Source: Takakia lepidozioides (lineage: Eukaryota; Plantae; Bryophyta). From it: a stretch of 64,000 nucleotides of DNA. Below are positions 49,042 to 61,923 of this stretch, one piece after another (within the stretch, counting starts at the first letter, position 1; each line of letters begins with the position of its first letter). The DNA lies in contig CM060732.1 of NCBI GenBank assembly GCA_030704615.1, forward strand, positions 68,200,001 through 68,264,000, in the 5' to 3' direction. Below the pieces are notes generated by a model. The model was not told where the DNA came from. It searched no databases and saw only the letters and a list, made by a program, of their open reading frames with translations. Both the position numbers and the translations under genes were made by a program.

Positions 49042-49194
49042 GTATGTACTTATCCCACTGTTTGTTGTTTATGGAGAATTTGATATTGAAAGTGTCTTCC
49101 ACTTGCACTTTTACTTTATCATTTTTTCTACAAATGTTCCACATTTCAGCTGACATTTGTCATATGAAAAATTGTTTTGCCCGAACTGGCACCT

Positions 49195-49500
49195 AGGATC
49201 TGAGATGGAGTTGTGCTCTTGGCGCCAAGCATTGCTTGGAGAAAAGATGAGTGCAATGGTTCCAAATTCTTTTCCCACCAGGAGACAAGGACACCAGGTG
49301 CCCAGAACTCACAACCATAGATGGTAGCAAGGCTGACGACGGTGTCAAACAACCACTTTTTGGTTGGGGGATGACGCAGAGTATTTGCTTGCATTTGGCC
49401 TGAAGGCGGACGGAGGCCGCCTTACCTTTAGTCAATCTGTCCAAGTTGGGGAAAAGGAGAAAGAGAGAGCCTTGGGCCTTTGAGATTTTATGCCCATGAG
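49195..49500 (-). mobile_element. LINE reverse-transcriptase fragment (RTEX-like thumb region)
   Basis: RLTKGKAA...KKWLFDTVVSLATIYGCEFW...LEPLHSSFLQAMLGAKSTTP. Confidence 0.7.
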
Positions 49501-51479
49501 CTGGACTATTGTTGGTATCATGTCTTTGTTATCAAAAGCCTCGCTCTTGCTTTTGCTATTCTGGTACTTGAACCTTCTTTGCTGCCCATCCACTTCCCTT
49601 TTACTATTTCCAGCGGTGCTTTTTGTTTTGTGGTCTGTACATAGAATAGAAACCTGGCAGCGTGGAAGCTGGATACAAAGGCGAGTCGGAGACTCTTGCT
49701 CTTCACGGAGGTCACAAACAGCAGGTGTGTTTGAATATTGGTGTGTAAGGTTAGTAGTTACAGGGGAGCTGACTGTTGGGAGCATGATGCAGTCAGCTGG
49801 TACAGGCGATGCAAGCAGGTCCCTGGTATCAGAGTTTGGCCTCCTCCCTCCTTTCATGGTCGGTGTTCAACGTTATGAAGTGTCACGTCTGCGTCATTTA
49901 TGCTACTCTATGCTATGGTACCCCCTCCCATGGCAATGCCGTGTATTGTGTGATATGCAAGCTTGGTAGCTAAGTACCCTCCGGTGTCCACTGTGGGAAG
50001 AGTCACATGGAAACAAGTGCCAAAGCCGTGATCGGAAACGATCAGCAGCTGCTGAAAGTCAGACTAAAAATTAATTAGCTGACATCTCGATGTTGAAAGT
50101 CTACCGTGCGGTTGGAGGGAGAAGACAATAGAAGACAAACAATGAAATCTGTGAGAGATGAAGGGGCCGTAAAACAAGCATTAAAAAACAAAAAAGGGTG
50201 GTGCACTCACAGCTTGGCAGTGCCATGCTCATGCTAGATTTTACCCTGTCGACAGGTGCATCCACTACCTCACATTTCCGGATATTCAACGTCCTGCATG
50301 CATACCATTCACCATCTGTCTAGGTTAACCGACCAGTAGCAGCATCATATTGCCTTCCGTCTGCTTTCTTCTGGAAGAACCATCTGCAGATTCACATGCA
50401 ATACGGTGCAGCTGTCGTCTCCTTTCTGCAAATTGCAAAACCGCCCTCAGCAGCAGCAGTTGAAGTGAACTCTAAACTGTACGAGGTTGATTGTGGGCAG
50501 ATCCTTTGAGTGATCTCTTCTGTGCAGAAACAGCGATGACTTGTCACAATGCTACCCACGAACACTACGTATCTGCAGTCGCAGCTGCTTCTCTGGAGCA
50601 ATTGGTGGATTCAGAAATTGATGTTCGTCCAGTAATCGAACGAAAGCAGCGATTGGTCAGCTGTCAATATTGCATAGCGAAACTGAAGAACAGAATCAAA
50701 GGCTCGTCTATGAATGTCTTGGCCCGCGGTCTCATCCAAGCCCTGTCACCTCCATCCCTGCTGCCTGTGCAGGCGCTGCCTGTGTGCCTTCCTGGGTCCG
50801 CACCCCCTCTGTAACCGACCCCTCTCAATCTCCCTCACTCTCCCCATACTAAAATGACCTGTTTGCTGTGTTGGATGTACTTTCTTTTCGTCTTGTCAAT
50901 TCTGAGAATACCAAGCTCTGCCGTTTTTTTCCTAGTATCTTAAGTGGGCGTTGTCGCTTCGAGGATCCAGTAAGCATGCACTCAAGTGAGGGAGCTGCTC
51001 AATGTAATCTACATGTAGCTCCCCCGCGCATTCCGAATTAACCTCATCTGGATTACTCGGCATCCACAGCAATGTGTTATCCACAAGTTTCCATTCTCAG
51101 GCTTGCTCTGCGCAGGTTCCAAGTCGGTGAGCATATCTGCGTAGATTGACGAAAACGGGAGGCTTCCGACAACAGCATCGATGGAGGCGCGCTGTCGCCA
51201 AGCATTGTCTTTGAAAACGATACTATCAGACACCATGTAAGTTTAAGATGTTCCTGGGAGTCTGGAGATACTGGGTGCTGCAAAGAAGAGATCATGGTTT
51301 TGCGCCTAAGGATGAAATTGGAGTTTGAAGTCAATACCATGGAGCTTTGCAAGCACAATTGATGCTAAGCTATTCAACAATCGTAACAGATCTTTCACAC
51401 GGGCACGGGTAATTGATTGCAAGAAGTGGTCTCCCGGAGCCACATCCCAGTCAACTCGTTCTCCTTGCCTCAATAGAGT

Positions 51480-51800
51480 ACCAAATTATGTGTGTGGGGC
51501 AAGATGGCAACATCCAGGGACAGAGGGTCTCCCGCTCCATCATCCCTTCCCTTTTTTCCCTTTACAGACCCAGATGAGGCGAATTCATGGTGCAATTATT
51601 GTTCCAATACACTGAGAAAAGCTCATCCTCTCGAAACCTGTTGCACTTGCGGGTCAGAGTGGTGGCAGATATCGGGCGCATGGAGCTTCCACAATGTTTG
51701 AATTTGGAACCTAAGCATAACTGCTACACACTAACTCGGCACCAATCTAAGACCTCCCTGCGGGTTTTTCATAAACCCCTTGCTGTACATTGCTTGAGGT
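51480..51800 (+). mobile_element. Possible LINE C-terminal zinc-knuckle remnant
   Basis: CNYCSNTLRKAHPLETC (C-x2-C-x7-H-x4-C) at ~51591-51641; the surroundings are degenerate. Confidence 0.4.
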
Positions 51801-52289
51801 CTCCCTGGTGAGTCTGAACACATTTCCAGTGCCCTGTGCTGAAAATCCTAAGGCGAGTGTGAAGTTATGGGAGGAATTCTCCGTTCTATCGACCATCATA
51901 GGGGAAGGCCTGACACGCCTTTTCTTGCTGCTGCTCTCAGCCCCCCCCCACCATTCCGCCTCCTCCCTTGGAAAGTATGGTTACGGATGTAGGGCAAAAG
52001 CCTTTGAGTTTCTTAGTTCCTTATAAACGAAATATACCCAAGTTTGACACTTTTGACAGAAAGGAGAGTGCTCCTATGACAGCCACTATATGTGATTGTT
52101 AATGTATCTCACTCATCCCCCTAGTGGTGTATTGTGGTGCATTGGAAAACAAGACTTACATGATCAAGTTGGGGAGCAACAATGACTGAGACATCAATGG
52201 GCCAGCCCTTGCTGGCTGTTGCCAAGCCCGCCATCAGCAATGATCCTGGTCAGTAAGGCTTCAACTTGTTGAGTTCAATTTCTGCAGGC

Positions 52290-52700
52290 ACACATTATAC
52301 CATGACACTACGTTTCGTTCAGCCATACTCTCGAACACTTCCTTTGCATCATCGATGCTCCCACATTTTCCATACATATCCACAAGGGCATTGTCCAGAA
52401 TGACATTTGATACAATTCCAGCTTTCATGATGTCAGCATGGACCTCTTGGCCCTTTTCCAGGGCTGCAAGGCTGGCACAGGCATTGCAAATGAGACATAC
52501 GTGATCTGGTTGGGCTTGACCCCTTCCCACTGCCTCCATCCCACATCCATGCTGGGCAAACCCTGCGAACATCTCATTCCAAGAGACTAAATTTCGCTCA
52601 GCCATACTGTTGAACACTGCCTAACACTCTTTTTATATCCTCAAGGCTACCGCATTTAGCATACATATTGATGAGGGCAGTGTCCAGAATGATATATCAT
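52290..52700 (-). pseudogene. PLS-class PPR fragment
   Basis: FNSMAERNLVSWNEMFAGFAQHG, ACASLAALEKGQEVHADIMKAG and NALVDMYGKCGSIDDAKEVFESMAERNVVSW. Confidence 0.9.
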
Positions 52701-53529
52701 GGACATTACAACGGACCAAAGCTGCCACGAACCCTTGTCTTCTAGACTGCCGTGTGTTCTCTCTTCTACTGCAACTCAGTCCTATAATAACAATTGTTTG
52801 CTGAGCTTCTCTTCTATAAACCTAGAGTCAGATGATGCTGTTGTACAGGTAAGGACCATGGCTGGTAATAAGAAAGACAGAAAAGCTGATAAGAGTATCT
52901 GAGATAGTGTGTCTAAATGTGTCTGAGATTTGGACCACTTCTGATCCCTAATAATTACATGCAACCCTGTCTAAACTAGGTTTGATCGATGTGTGCCATG
53001 GTATCCCCGGCTACTACAAACTCGCTGATATCATTTAACCGTTCAAACTCCATCTAAACAAACTGACACTTGCCCTCCTGAAATGTCAAGAGCCTCTCTA
53101 GTGCCTGCTTCACCCAGCACTAATAGCAATCATTTGATTTAAAAATGTCTAGCAAATCTGAGCTCAACTTAAGTTGGGACTCCGGTAAGAGACAAAGAGA
53201 GTGACCAATTTGAAAAGCTTGCAGCAGAATAAGTGGCCAGTTGTATACTGTTGCACAACACTCTCCAGCCACTCCCAAAGAAAGTCAACCTCCAAGTACC
53301 CAGTACTTTCCTCAACCGGTTGGAATCTGTCAATACATCCTCTGCAATAAAGTTCGGGACTGTTTAAATGTTGGTCATTGCCATGGTTAGTAAGTACAAT
53401 ACTGCCCATTGTGTGATGCAAATTGTTTCCTCCTTTGCCAAGGAAACAATGTCGTATGACCGTTCCTCCCGCAGGTTTCAAGCAACACACTGTGTCTCAT
53501 GCTCGTGTTGGTTAACCTGTAATCCCAAA

Positions 53530-54275
53530 CCAAAAGACCGCTTCTTAGAAGTGGTGAAAGCGGTTGATACTCCTTCCATCAACTGCTTGCCTAACAATAA
53601 CCTGGTGGCAGTGCAGCAGTCACCACAAACCTGAAGGTTACCAATGATGCAGATAGGTGTCCCAGGGGATGTGCTTGTTAGCCGAAAAAAGCGACCAACT
53701 GTTGCATGTGTCATTCATGTACAGGCCTCCTTCATCTACCCAGACAACCTCTTCAACTCAACGCCAACATCCTCTATTTATGATTGCCATTCACCCTCCA
53801 CAATCAATGTTTGCACCCAGTCATGAACCTCAATGCAGCTGCACCCTAACTCCTTCCCACTACCTTCTTCCCCATCATTTTTCTCCCTCTGATTTATTTT
53901 GTCCCACCTGCCTGCTGCAGCAGATGTTCGAGAGCAGCACAAAGCTGCAGCCTCCTATGGATCACTCTTCAGAATGCTTTTTACCGCACGTTCTGCAACC
54001 TCCACATCACCATGAATTTTGCAGGCACCAAGCAAGGCCATCGACACTACAGAACCTGGTTGATTGGCATTGTGTTAATGAATCCCTCTGCCCCACCACC
54101 CGGTCTGCCCGGCCGGAAGGTCCACCATGCAGCACCCCAAAATGCTCAACTGTAGGAGTAAGGCCATCATTGTGACTCATTGACTCAAAAGTAGTGACGG
54201 CCTTCATCCACTAGGCCCATATGGCTACATGCTGAGAGTGAGCATATGAAGGTGATACTGTTCGGCTTCAAGCCT
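53530..54275 (-). pseudogene. PPR E/E+/DYW tail remnant (organelle RNA-editing factor)
   Basis: SMSHNDGLTPTVEHF (P2-L2-S2 region), TSPGTPICIIGNLQVCGDC and NRFHHF (DYW deaminase region), with frameshifts and deletions. Confidence 0.8.
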
Positions 54276-54831
54276 TCCTGTTGCTATGGTCGACCAGGCT
54301 GGGGTCATCTCCTTGTGTTTTTGTTACACAGTAATCAGATTCAAGTAAAGACATGCCTGCTTCTGCATTCAGAGATAGTTGCTCTAGTACCTGGTTGGTA
54401 TTTGGCAAGAGTTCCTCAACAAGAGCCTGGTCTTTGCTGAAGCGGTTTAGTAATATCTTTCCCACGGGTTCTGCACAAGAGAGATTAAAAAACCATAAAC
54501 CATGAAAAGAATTTGTGGTGAGGGTGGAACAAAACATCAAAGTGAGTTGTCAAAGTGGGAGTTCTCAGCAGGAGCAAACCAGCCCAAATTAGAGCAGTAA
54601 CTAATTAGGATATGTCATATCGTTTGCATGCTTTGTTGGGGCTGCTATAATTTTGTCACTGGGGCGTGCTCTCCTTTTCACTGAAGGAGCCATGTGGTCT
54701 GCCCAAAGAGATGCATGGGATCATGGCAGAAAGGGTCCTCCGATCTCCACAGCAAGATGTACACTGGCCATGGGCACCAACTTGTACTGAAAAGCCTCTT
54801 GCATTGAAAAGCCTCTTGCATTGCGACTGAA

Positions 54832-55636
54832 TAACCAAGTCAGTCTGCTGACTTTTTTACATGCTACTGCCAACACAGTTAATAAGTGCGTGGAATGTGC
54901 CAACAAGAGGAATTCAGTATTTCTCAGCCAAGCGAATTGCTAGAGTTCTCAACTTCGAGTACACTTTCCCAGCAGAGAGCCCAGGATCAAATTGCAAAGG
55001 GCATCCCGAGCCAGAGTTTAATTGCCCTTTCCAGATTTTTGTAGTTCTCTTACGTAATGCCGGAGTTTGCAAAATGGGGGCCATAGGCTGAGAGAGAGTT
55101 TTGGTAGTTCCATGCAGTAACCAGAAAGATGGTCAGTCACTTTGGATAAGTTCCTGAAACGTTTGTAGGCTCATCAGTGCAGGCCACTAGTACACATGCC
55201 TCTCTCATATGTGAGTTTTATGTACATGGATGGATCAAACAGATGACCACAAATACAAGTGCCAAAAGGAGGGTGATCATGAAGCTGAAGAGAATAGGAA
55301 GGGCTATGAAAATGCTGTTCAGGGTGGGGAGTTTATGTACATATGAGATAAACAGTTCTTCATTCACTTTTAAAGCTGCCCTCAACCCCATTGTTCAGCT
55401 GCACTGACATAAGACTACTACTGGAGGTGGCCAGTCACCGGCGTAAGTTGACTGCTTGTAGTTAGTTCAGATACATTCCAGGTCTCTTGTACAAAATGGC
55501 GCATTGATAGAAGTGATGACTCAAGGACTGCATACCCTTTCCTCGTCCTTTTTCTTGTTTTCTTCTCTTCTGCCCTTGTCGCTAAGATCACATGAACTGG
55601 CTACAGTGGGTACTTTCCGGAGCTGGCAGCCTACTG
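54832..55636. pseudogene. Collapsed tandem duplicate of the PNO1-AIP2 gene pair (only the two 3' ends remain)
   Basis: 54832-55013 is a direct repeat of 56174-56357 (PNO1 3' end), and 55011-55636 is a direct repeat of 61516-62212 (AIP2 last intron/exon/3'UTR). They are fused at CCA. Confidence 0.9.
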
Positions 55637-56292
55637 TAGAGTTGTGTTGTGAGTACTTGCGAAGTCAACAATTTCTGAAACACTTTGGAAGTTGCTCATA
55701 TCATATCCAAGAATGATACACCACAGGCATAGCAGTATCTCTGTCAAGAGAATCACTACATTCTACCTACATTCACATGTGCAACGTTAACAAATCTCTG
55801 AACCCCTTTGGTCCTGCACACTTATCTTTTCTTCCTCCATTTGCCGGAGAAAGTGTTGTCTCAACATGATCTCACAACAGTCTTGCTGAAGCCTTTTATA
55901 AGCCGAAGGCATGCACTTTTGCCAGTCTTGCACAAGCATGAGATTGTCCCATACAAATGTAGACCGTAAGTATGAGCCTCCTCCTTTTTCAGTTGGCTTA
56001 TGGGCTGAGGCTGCTAAAGCCCAACTGGCCCTGTATTATCATCTTGGAGCAAAACCCCAAGCGTTTCATGCTTTCCATTCCATTCTCTAAGATTTTCAAA
56101 GATCCATACCTTACAGAAGACCACCTTTGCTGACCCACTTTGGATGCATATGAGGGGAAGGCCCAGCAGCCCTTAACCCAAGTCAGTCTGCTAACTTTTT
56201 TTAACATGCTATTGCCAACACAGTTAGCAAGGGCTCGGAATGTGCCAACAAGAGGACTTCAATATTTCTCAGCCAACCGACTGGCTACAGTT

Positions 56293-57506
56293 TCAAATTG
56301 AGTACACTTTCCCAGCAGGAGAGCCCAGGATCAAATTGCAAAGAGCATCCAGGGCCACTCGAATATTAGCAAATGAACCAAAAATATGTATCCTAGTATC
56401 AGCAATTACTATTCGAGTGCGTGTTGAGTTCTCAATTGCAAACTTTGTCTTCCCAGCCTTGCCTGACAGCCTGCCAATTGCCCGTGAGAGGTGCTCTCCC
56501 TTCAGGGTTTTCACGTCCTTGATTTCAAAAGACTCCACGTAAAGATCATCCAGTCGGAGAAGAGCAATAGCATCTTGTACATCAAATCCCAAAATGTAGG
56601 CGTGAACAAAGTCAGCACATTTCTGGAGAGCCCCAGCATCAGGGGTGTCTCGCCGAGTCTTGAGCTCCACTTTGCGCGACTGCCAAAACCCAAGACATCG
56701 CACGCGTTAATCAGAAAACAAAGGAGTTCTAGCAGTTACACTGTGTAGGTCCAGCTTCAACTTTAGGGGCCAGTTAGCTGTGCAGCCATGCAAGGTCTGG
56801 ACATGTTCAGCCTTCGTGTGTACCGACATTCCCCACCCTCCCTATTACGGTTCGGTAGATCGATAACTGGCCAATTGTACCTACAAGGTCTGATGGCTCC
56901 CCAGATGGCTGTACGAAACTGTATACTTTGATAATCGTAACTTTAGCTTCCAACTCTGTGTCCTCATCCCGCCACACTCCCCCCAACCAAACACACACGC
57001 CCACCATGGTTGTGGTTTAAGGCTACAGACTGGGGAAAGAACTAATGGGATGTCTGGTCCACATCATCACTCATCACTCCAAGTGCTGCAGAATTGTTTA
57101 CTCTGGAAAATCCGGGAGACTCTTACACAGGTCGAGCTCCACATTCAAAACACGTCAAACCCGTCAACTTTCCTAGTATCTACCAGCTCACCTTCAGATT
57201 CATCCGTATGTCGATTTTCATTTGCTCAAAGATGGGCGTGTAGATATCCATCCAGTGCTCTTTCAAAGGCGTATAGCGATGCGCAGGAACAAACACCTTT
57301 CTGAACTCAAACTTGCCTCCGCTCATTTCGTGAGCTGACAAAGCTCTCAAAACTTTGGGCTTGGGTGGCCCGACCACAGCCGGCGACGCGCCCTCTCCAT
57401 TCTCCCTCAGACTCGTGGTCGCAGCCTCCGCTTCTTGCACCACCATGGGCTCGGCCCCGCTGTTATCCGCCATGCCACCAGAGAGCTCCGCAGGGCCAGG
57501 CGCCAT
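56293..57506 (-). CDS. PNO1: RNA-binding protein PNO1/DIM2 (KH-domain 40S biogenesis factor); C-terminus truncated as sequenced
   Basis: Exons 57506-57192 and 56679-56293. Motifs RKVFVPAHRYTPLK, DAIALLRLDDLY, HLSRAIGRLSGKAGKTKFAIENST and LILGSPAGKVY. The conserved ending ...RLAEKY* is out of frame, with its stop at 56259. Confidence 0.93.
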
Positions 57507-57542
57507 CGCTCAAGAGAAAGAGAAAGACGATGCCAAGGCTCA

Positions 57543-57712
57543 GTTTAGGGTTTTGCGTATATACCTTTTTTTTTAAAATCCAAAATAAAATATAAATTTA
57601 ATTTAAAAAGTTATTAATTATTAAATATATGTGCTTGATGATAGCTACGTCGGAACATTCGAGAACAGAAACATTCCGTGGACCTCACACAACTCTCAAG
57701 CCCTAAACCCTA
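57543..57712. promoter_or_regulatory. Telo-box motifs in the PNO1/AIP2 bidirectional promoter
   Basis: TTTAGGGTTTT at ~57544 and CCCTAAACCCTA at ~57701. Telo-boxes are typical of plant translation and ribosome-biogenesis gene promoters. Confidence 0.6.
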
Positions 57713-58007
57713 TATTGTGGCTATGGAGTCGAGATGTGAGCGAGACGAGCGCGCAGCATGCACTTCGCACCGGATCAAGACCTCAAGACGCTGAGATGAG
57801 CATCAATTAGAAGCTCTTTTCACATAAGTTTGGTGTATTACATCGGGACAGGCTGGAAGAACTGCCTCCTTCACCCGGTGGAGGTGTGAGACGGATTGGG
57901 AAGAGGAAAGAGGGGATACAGCCCGTTTGCTAACAGGGGAAGAGCAACAGAAACTAGAAGTGCGTATCACATCTCAGGTTTGTGTTGTCTCTTTACGAGG
58001 AGGAAGG

Positions 58008-61000
58008 ATGGCGGAGAGAGTAAGCATGAAGAGTGGGAATGGAGGGATGTTGCAAGGCACAGTGGCAGATCTGCAGAAGCAGTTGCAAAAGAAGCAGACG
58101 TTTGAGGCCGCGACGGACCAACTGACCTCGCTTGTGCGTGACCGCTATGCCGGGGCTTCTCCATCGGATCAGTTACTGGTACGCTTCCTCGAAATTCTTT
58201 CAATATGTTGGCCTACCTGTAATTCACCAGTTTAACTGGGGATTCCCCTATTGTTTGCCATCCTTTTAGTACTCCTCTACTTTTCCATTTTGTTCGTGAG
58301 ATAGCATGTTGACTTGCACTTCTTGTGATTCGGCAACTAAATGAATTTGGCACCAAACAATTGTCCCACAATTTTCTGGCACATGGAATCTTTTTCTAAA
58401 ACACTGAAATATGTCAACCCTAAGTCTAGTGGAGATCTTGTCAAGGAGGGAATTTGACCAAGCAAGATTACACCCTCTCCGAAGTCGCATCAATTCTCTA
58501 CTATGTGTGTGTCTTGATCTGAAGCTACTGATTATGAGGATCTTTCTGAGCTGTCAATTGATCGTCAAAAGGGAACTTGTTTGGTGGTTGTTTCACCGAT
58601 TTTCTCGTAATTGCTTCCTCCAGGTTTTGAAAACCTGTGAGAAAATGATTTGGCTAATCATCTTCTGGAAGCATCTTGTGGTGTTTGAGATACACATTTA
58701 GTGTCAGGTTTACCTTACAGCCTATGTCTGTATGGTGATTAGCAGGCTCATTCTAATCAGCTCTCAATGTAGATGGCTGCAAAGAATTGCATAGCATTTC
58801 ATTTGGTTGAAACTTGCTTTCACTTGCATGTTCTGTTATGAGATATGGTCAGGGAAAAGCAATTTGTCAAGGATTTTTCCCTTGTCTAAAACCCTGCGTT
58901 TGGCCGGCAAATTGGGCCAGATGTATGCAGCAGTATGCAGGGTGGCCACGTTATTGACAACTAGGTTCACTGCACGTGGCTTTTGGATGGTGGGCCTTAA
59001 GTTATTTGAAGCTGCGGCTGCTGTTGTCACGCGATCAGATGAACGCAAGAACATGCTTTCTTGCATTGAAAGGGCTCGTGAGTTCTTGGGAGAGGAGACC
59101 CAACGACAGGACAACATTCCCACCACAATGCGCGCCGGCACTAGTAAGTCCTTTGCTGTCAATATTGTGACGATTTTACTGTGTATGAGAGAGCATGGGG
59201 GGGGGGGGGGATCTCTTAGCTGCTTAGCTCAGCAGGCAGACTAACAAATTGTAACAGAGAGAGATCTATCCTGTCTTTCAAGTGTTTTAGTCTGAAAACA
59301 GGCTTCGTTGGTGTTAAATACGTTGTCCTTCCAATGTCTATAAGACAAATTTGGTCATTTAGCAGAACAAGGTAAGCTTTGCTCCTGACAAGAACGCTGT
59401 CGATCCCTACATACTGTACCCTTTCCAGAGTTTATTTTGGGCTCTGCCATAAGAATATATGCTTGGAAGTGTCCACTCATTACTCTGGCACTCACCTAGT
59501 GGTGGCCTGGATCAGGCTAGGGTGGGCTGGCAAATGTATGAGACCCATCGCAATTTTTAATGTATTGGAGTCATCACAGTTTTTAAAACCAACAAACTGT
59601 TTTCCAGGGCAGATCTTTGCATGCTGCAAAGCACCTTTAGCCTTGTTAAGGTTTGCATTAACATTTGGTTCTTCTCACCTGCACAGGTTCGGGATTTTTG
59701 TTTGAGGGCCAGCTAACAGTGGGCGCTGAACCACCACTCCCGCAATGGCTACAAACTCAGAATACACTGGCTGCTCTTTTGAGGGAGAGAGCACGGCAGC
59801 AAATGGAAGCAGAGAATGTATCCGCATCTGCACCCACTGAACAAGGTGAGATGCTTCTTGGCTTTAAAGTTTGGTGTATTCCTGGAGTGGGGAGTGACGT
59901 GGTCTTACGATTCTCTAGGCCGGAAAGAGATGAACTCTTTTCCTTGAGGATGGTTCCCAAGTTAGATTGCAAATGCCAGCTATGTTGATACCAGTGGTTG
60001 GGGTCACTGTGGACTCCCACAAGTATCAGTTGACATCCCAATGGTTGACAACGATACCTTGTTTTTCTGGTTCTTACCAGAAGGCAGATTTTCAGTCTGT
60101 CATGAAGAAAGCAGTCTGCTTTCCTGCTCTTTTGTCATGCTCCGGTGAGCTGAGTACTTTGTGACTGATACATTGTCAAACTTTTGAAGTTGAAGGGGCT
60201 GAAGTTGGTAACAATCCAGCTCGATCATTGCAGCAACTGAACAATGGGATCCAGGAGATAATGGACATGGTCAATGCCACGTTTGCGGGCCGTAGCCAGG
60301 CCTTGGCTGAGGAGTTTGTCGGGCTTGAGGAGGCCATTCAAGCCACCCTACAGGTATCTATGAGCTTTTCTAGTCCCTTCTACGAACCTTTTTGCTCCTG
60401 TATTGGTGCACGACCATCTTGAGTGGCCTCCAATACGCATTTCAGCAGCTACAGAGAGAGATGCCCTTTGAAGACTGTCTGTGGTACCGTTGTTTCCATG
60501 GTCCCTGCACCCAGTGTTAACAGCAGAAAGGAGGCAAGTTTAAGGGCCATAACACCTGCACAGTGCTCCTTAAGAGGACATAAAGTATTTCCTTCTCTTC
60601 CCCACTTCTCACTTGTGAATATAGTGGTGTTTTCTTTTGGCACTAATTCTGCACTGCATTCGACCCCCTTTTCCCCGCATAAAACTGCGTTCTCATGCAC
60701 CACAAAAAGGTACAATGACTGAGCCTATTAGTGGTTCTGAAGAAGCAACTAGCTGCTGTATTTGACTGTTGTTTATTGGCCTCCAGGAAATTGGAAGCGT
60801 GCCACGCGGTCCGCCTCCAGCATCTAAAGAAGAAGTTGCAAAGCTGCCCATTGTAGAAGTGACACAAGTGGTGTTGGAGAGAGTGGGAGAGGGCACAGAA
60901 TGTGCAGTGTGCCGGGAGGCTTTGGTGGTGGGTGACTCGATGCAGGAGATGCCATGCAAGCATTCATTTCACCCTGATTGCCTCAAGCCCTGGCTGGTCT

Positions 61001-61923
61001 GTGTGATCTCCTCTTTCCCTATCATAATGTGTTTTACATTTTACTTATTTTGGTTGTTGCAGTACTTCTTTTCTTCAATATTAGGACATAGAAGTGACTT
61101 TTGAGTGACGGGACATGCATGAAAGTACAGAGTGTCACCTTCTGGAAGGCGCAAAAACAATTTGAGGGTCATGAAATGTTTGGGCCGCTAGAAAAATGGA
61201 AATGGAAATGGACCCAGGATAAACCAACTAGAAACACAAATTTCCAGCTGCCAAGGGAATTTATCCACTCGACCTCATTTTGGCAGCATGTGAAGGACCC
61301 TAGTAGAAACAATAGCCTGTTTAGGCAGGATTCGGAATGCAGGCGAGGGAACCGGTCTCGAGTGTGAATTGGAATGGAATCTTTGAAAAACTGGAATCCT
61401 GTCACCAAATATGCTATGCATGTTGGCTTTTCCCAAGTTGGAAGGGAGGGGGGAACCTTTGTACAGGCAGTAATGGATCATAACCTTGTCCTTTCAACGT
61501 TGGATTATGTGTGTTCCAGAGTTTATGGTTTCTCTTGCATCACGAGTAATACCGGAATTTCGCAAATGGGATGCTGTAGGCTGAGAGAGTTTTGGTAGTT
61601 CCATGCAGTAACCAGAAAGATGGTCAGTCACTTTGGATAAGTTCCTGCAACGACTCGACGTTTGTGCACTCATGAGTGCACAAACGTCGTACAGATGCCT
61701 CTCTCTCATATGTGAGTTTTATGTACATGGATGTAGCCATATTCTAACAATTTCGGAACTTTGACTGTAACAGGACCAGCACAACTCTTGTCCAATTTGC
61801 AGATATGAGATGCGCACAGATGACCATGAATACGAGCGCCAAAAGGAGCGAGATCTTGAAGCTGAAGAGGAGAGGAAGGGCTACGAAAATGCTGTTCGGG
61901 GTGGGGAGTTTATGTACATATAA
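58008..61923 (+). CDS. AIP2: RING-H2 E3 ubiquitin ligase AIP2 (ABI3-interacting protein 2) homolog
   Basis: Exons 58008-58178, 58921-59143, 59687-59845, 60190-60353, 60787-60996 and 61774-61923. Motifs VCRVATLLTTRFTA.GFW, GFLFEGQLTV, PPASKEEVAKLP, CAVCRE...MPCKHSFHPDCLKPWL|DQHNSCPIC, and the terminal RGGEFMYI*. Confidence 0.95.

Noticed and set aside
50100-51360. Cys-containing short ORFs resembling a decayed gene
   Set aside because: Multiple stops and no family motif that I can name.
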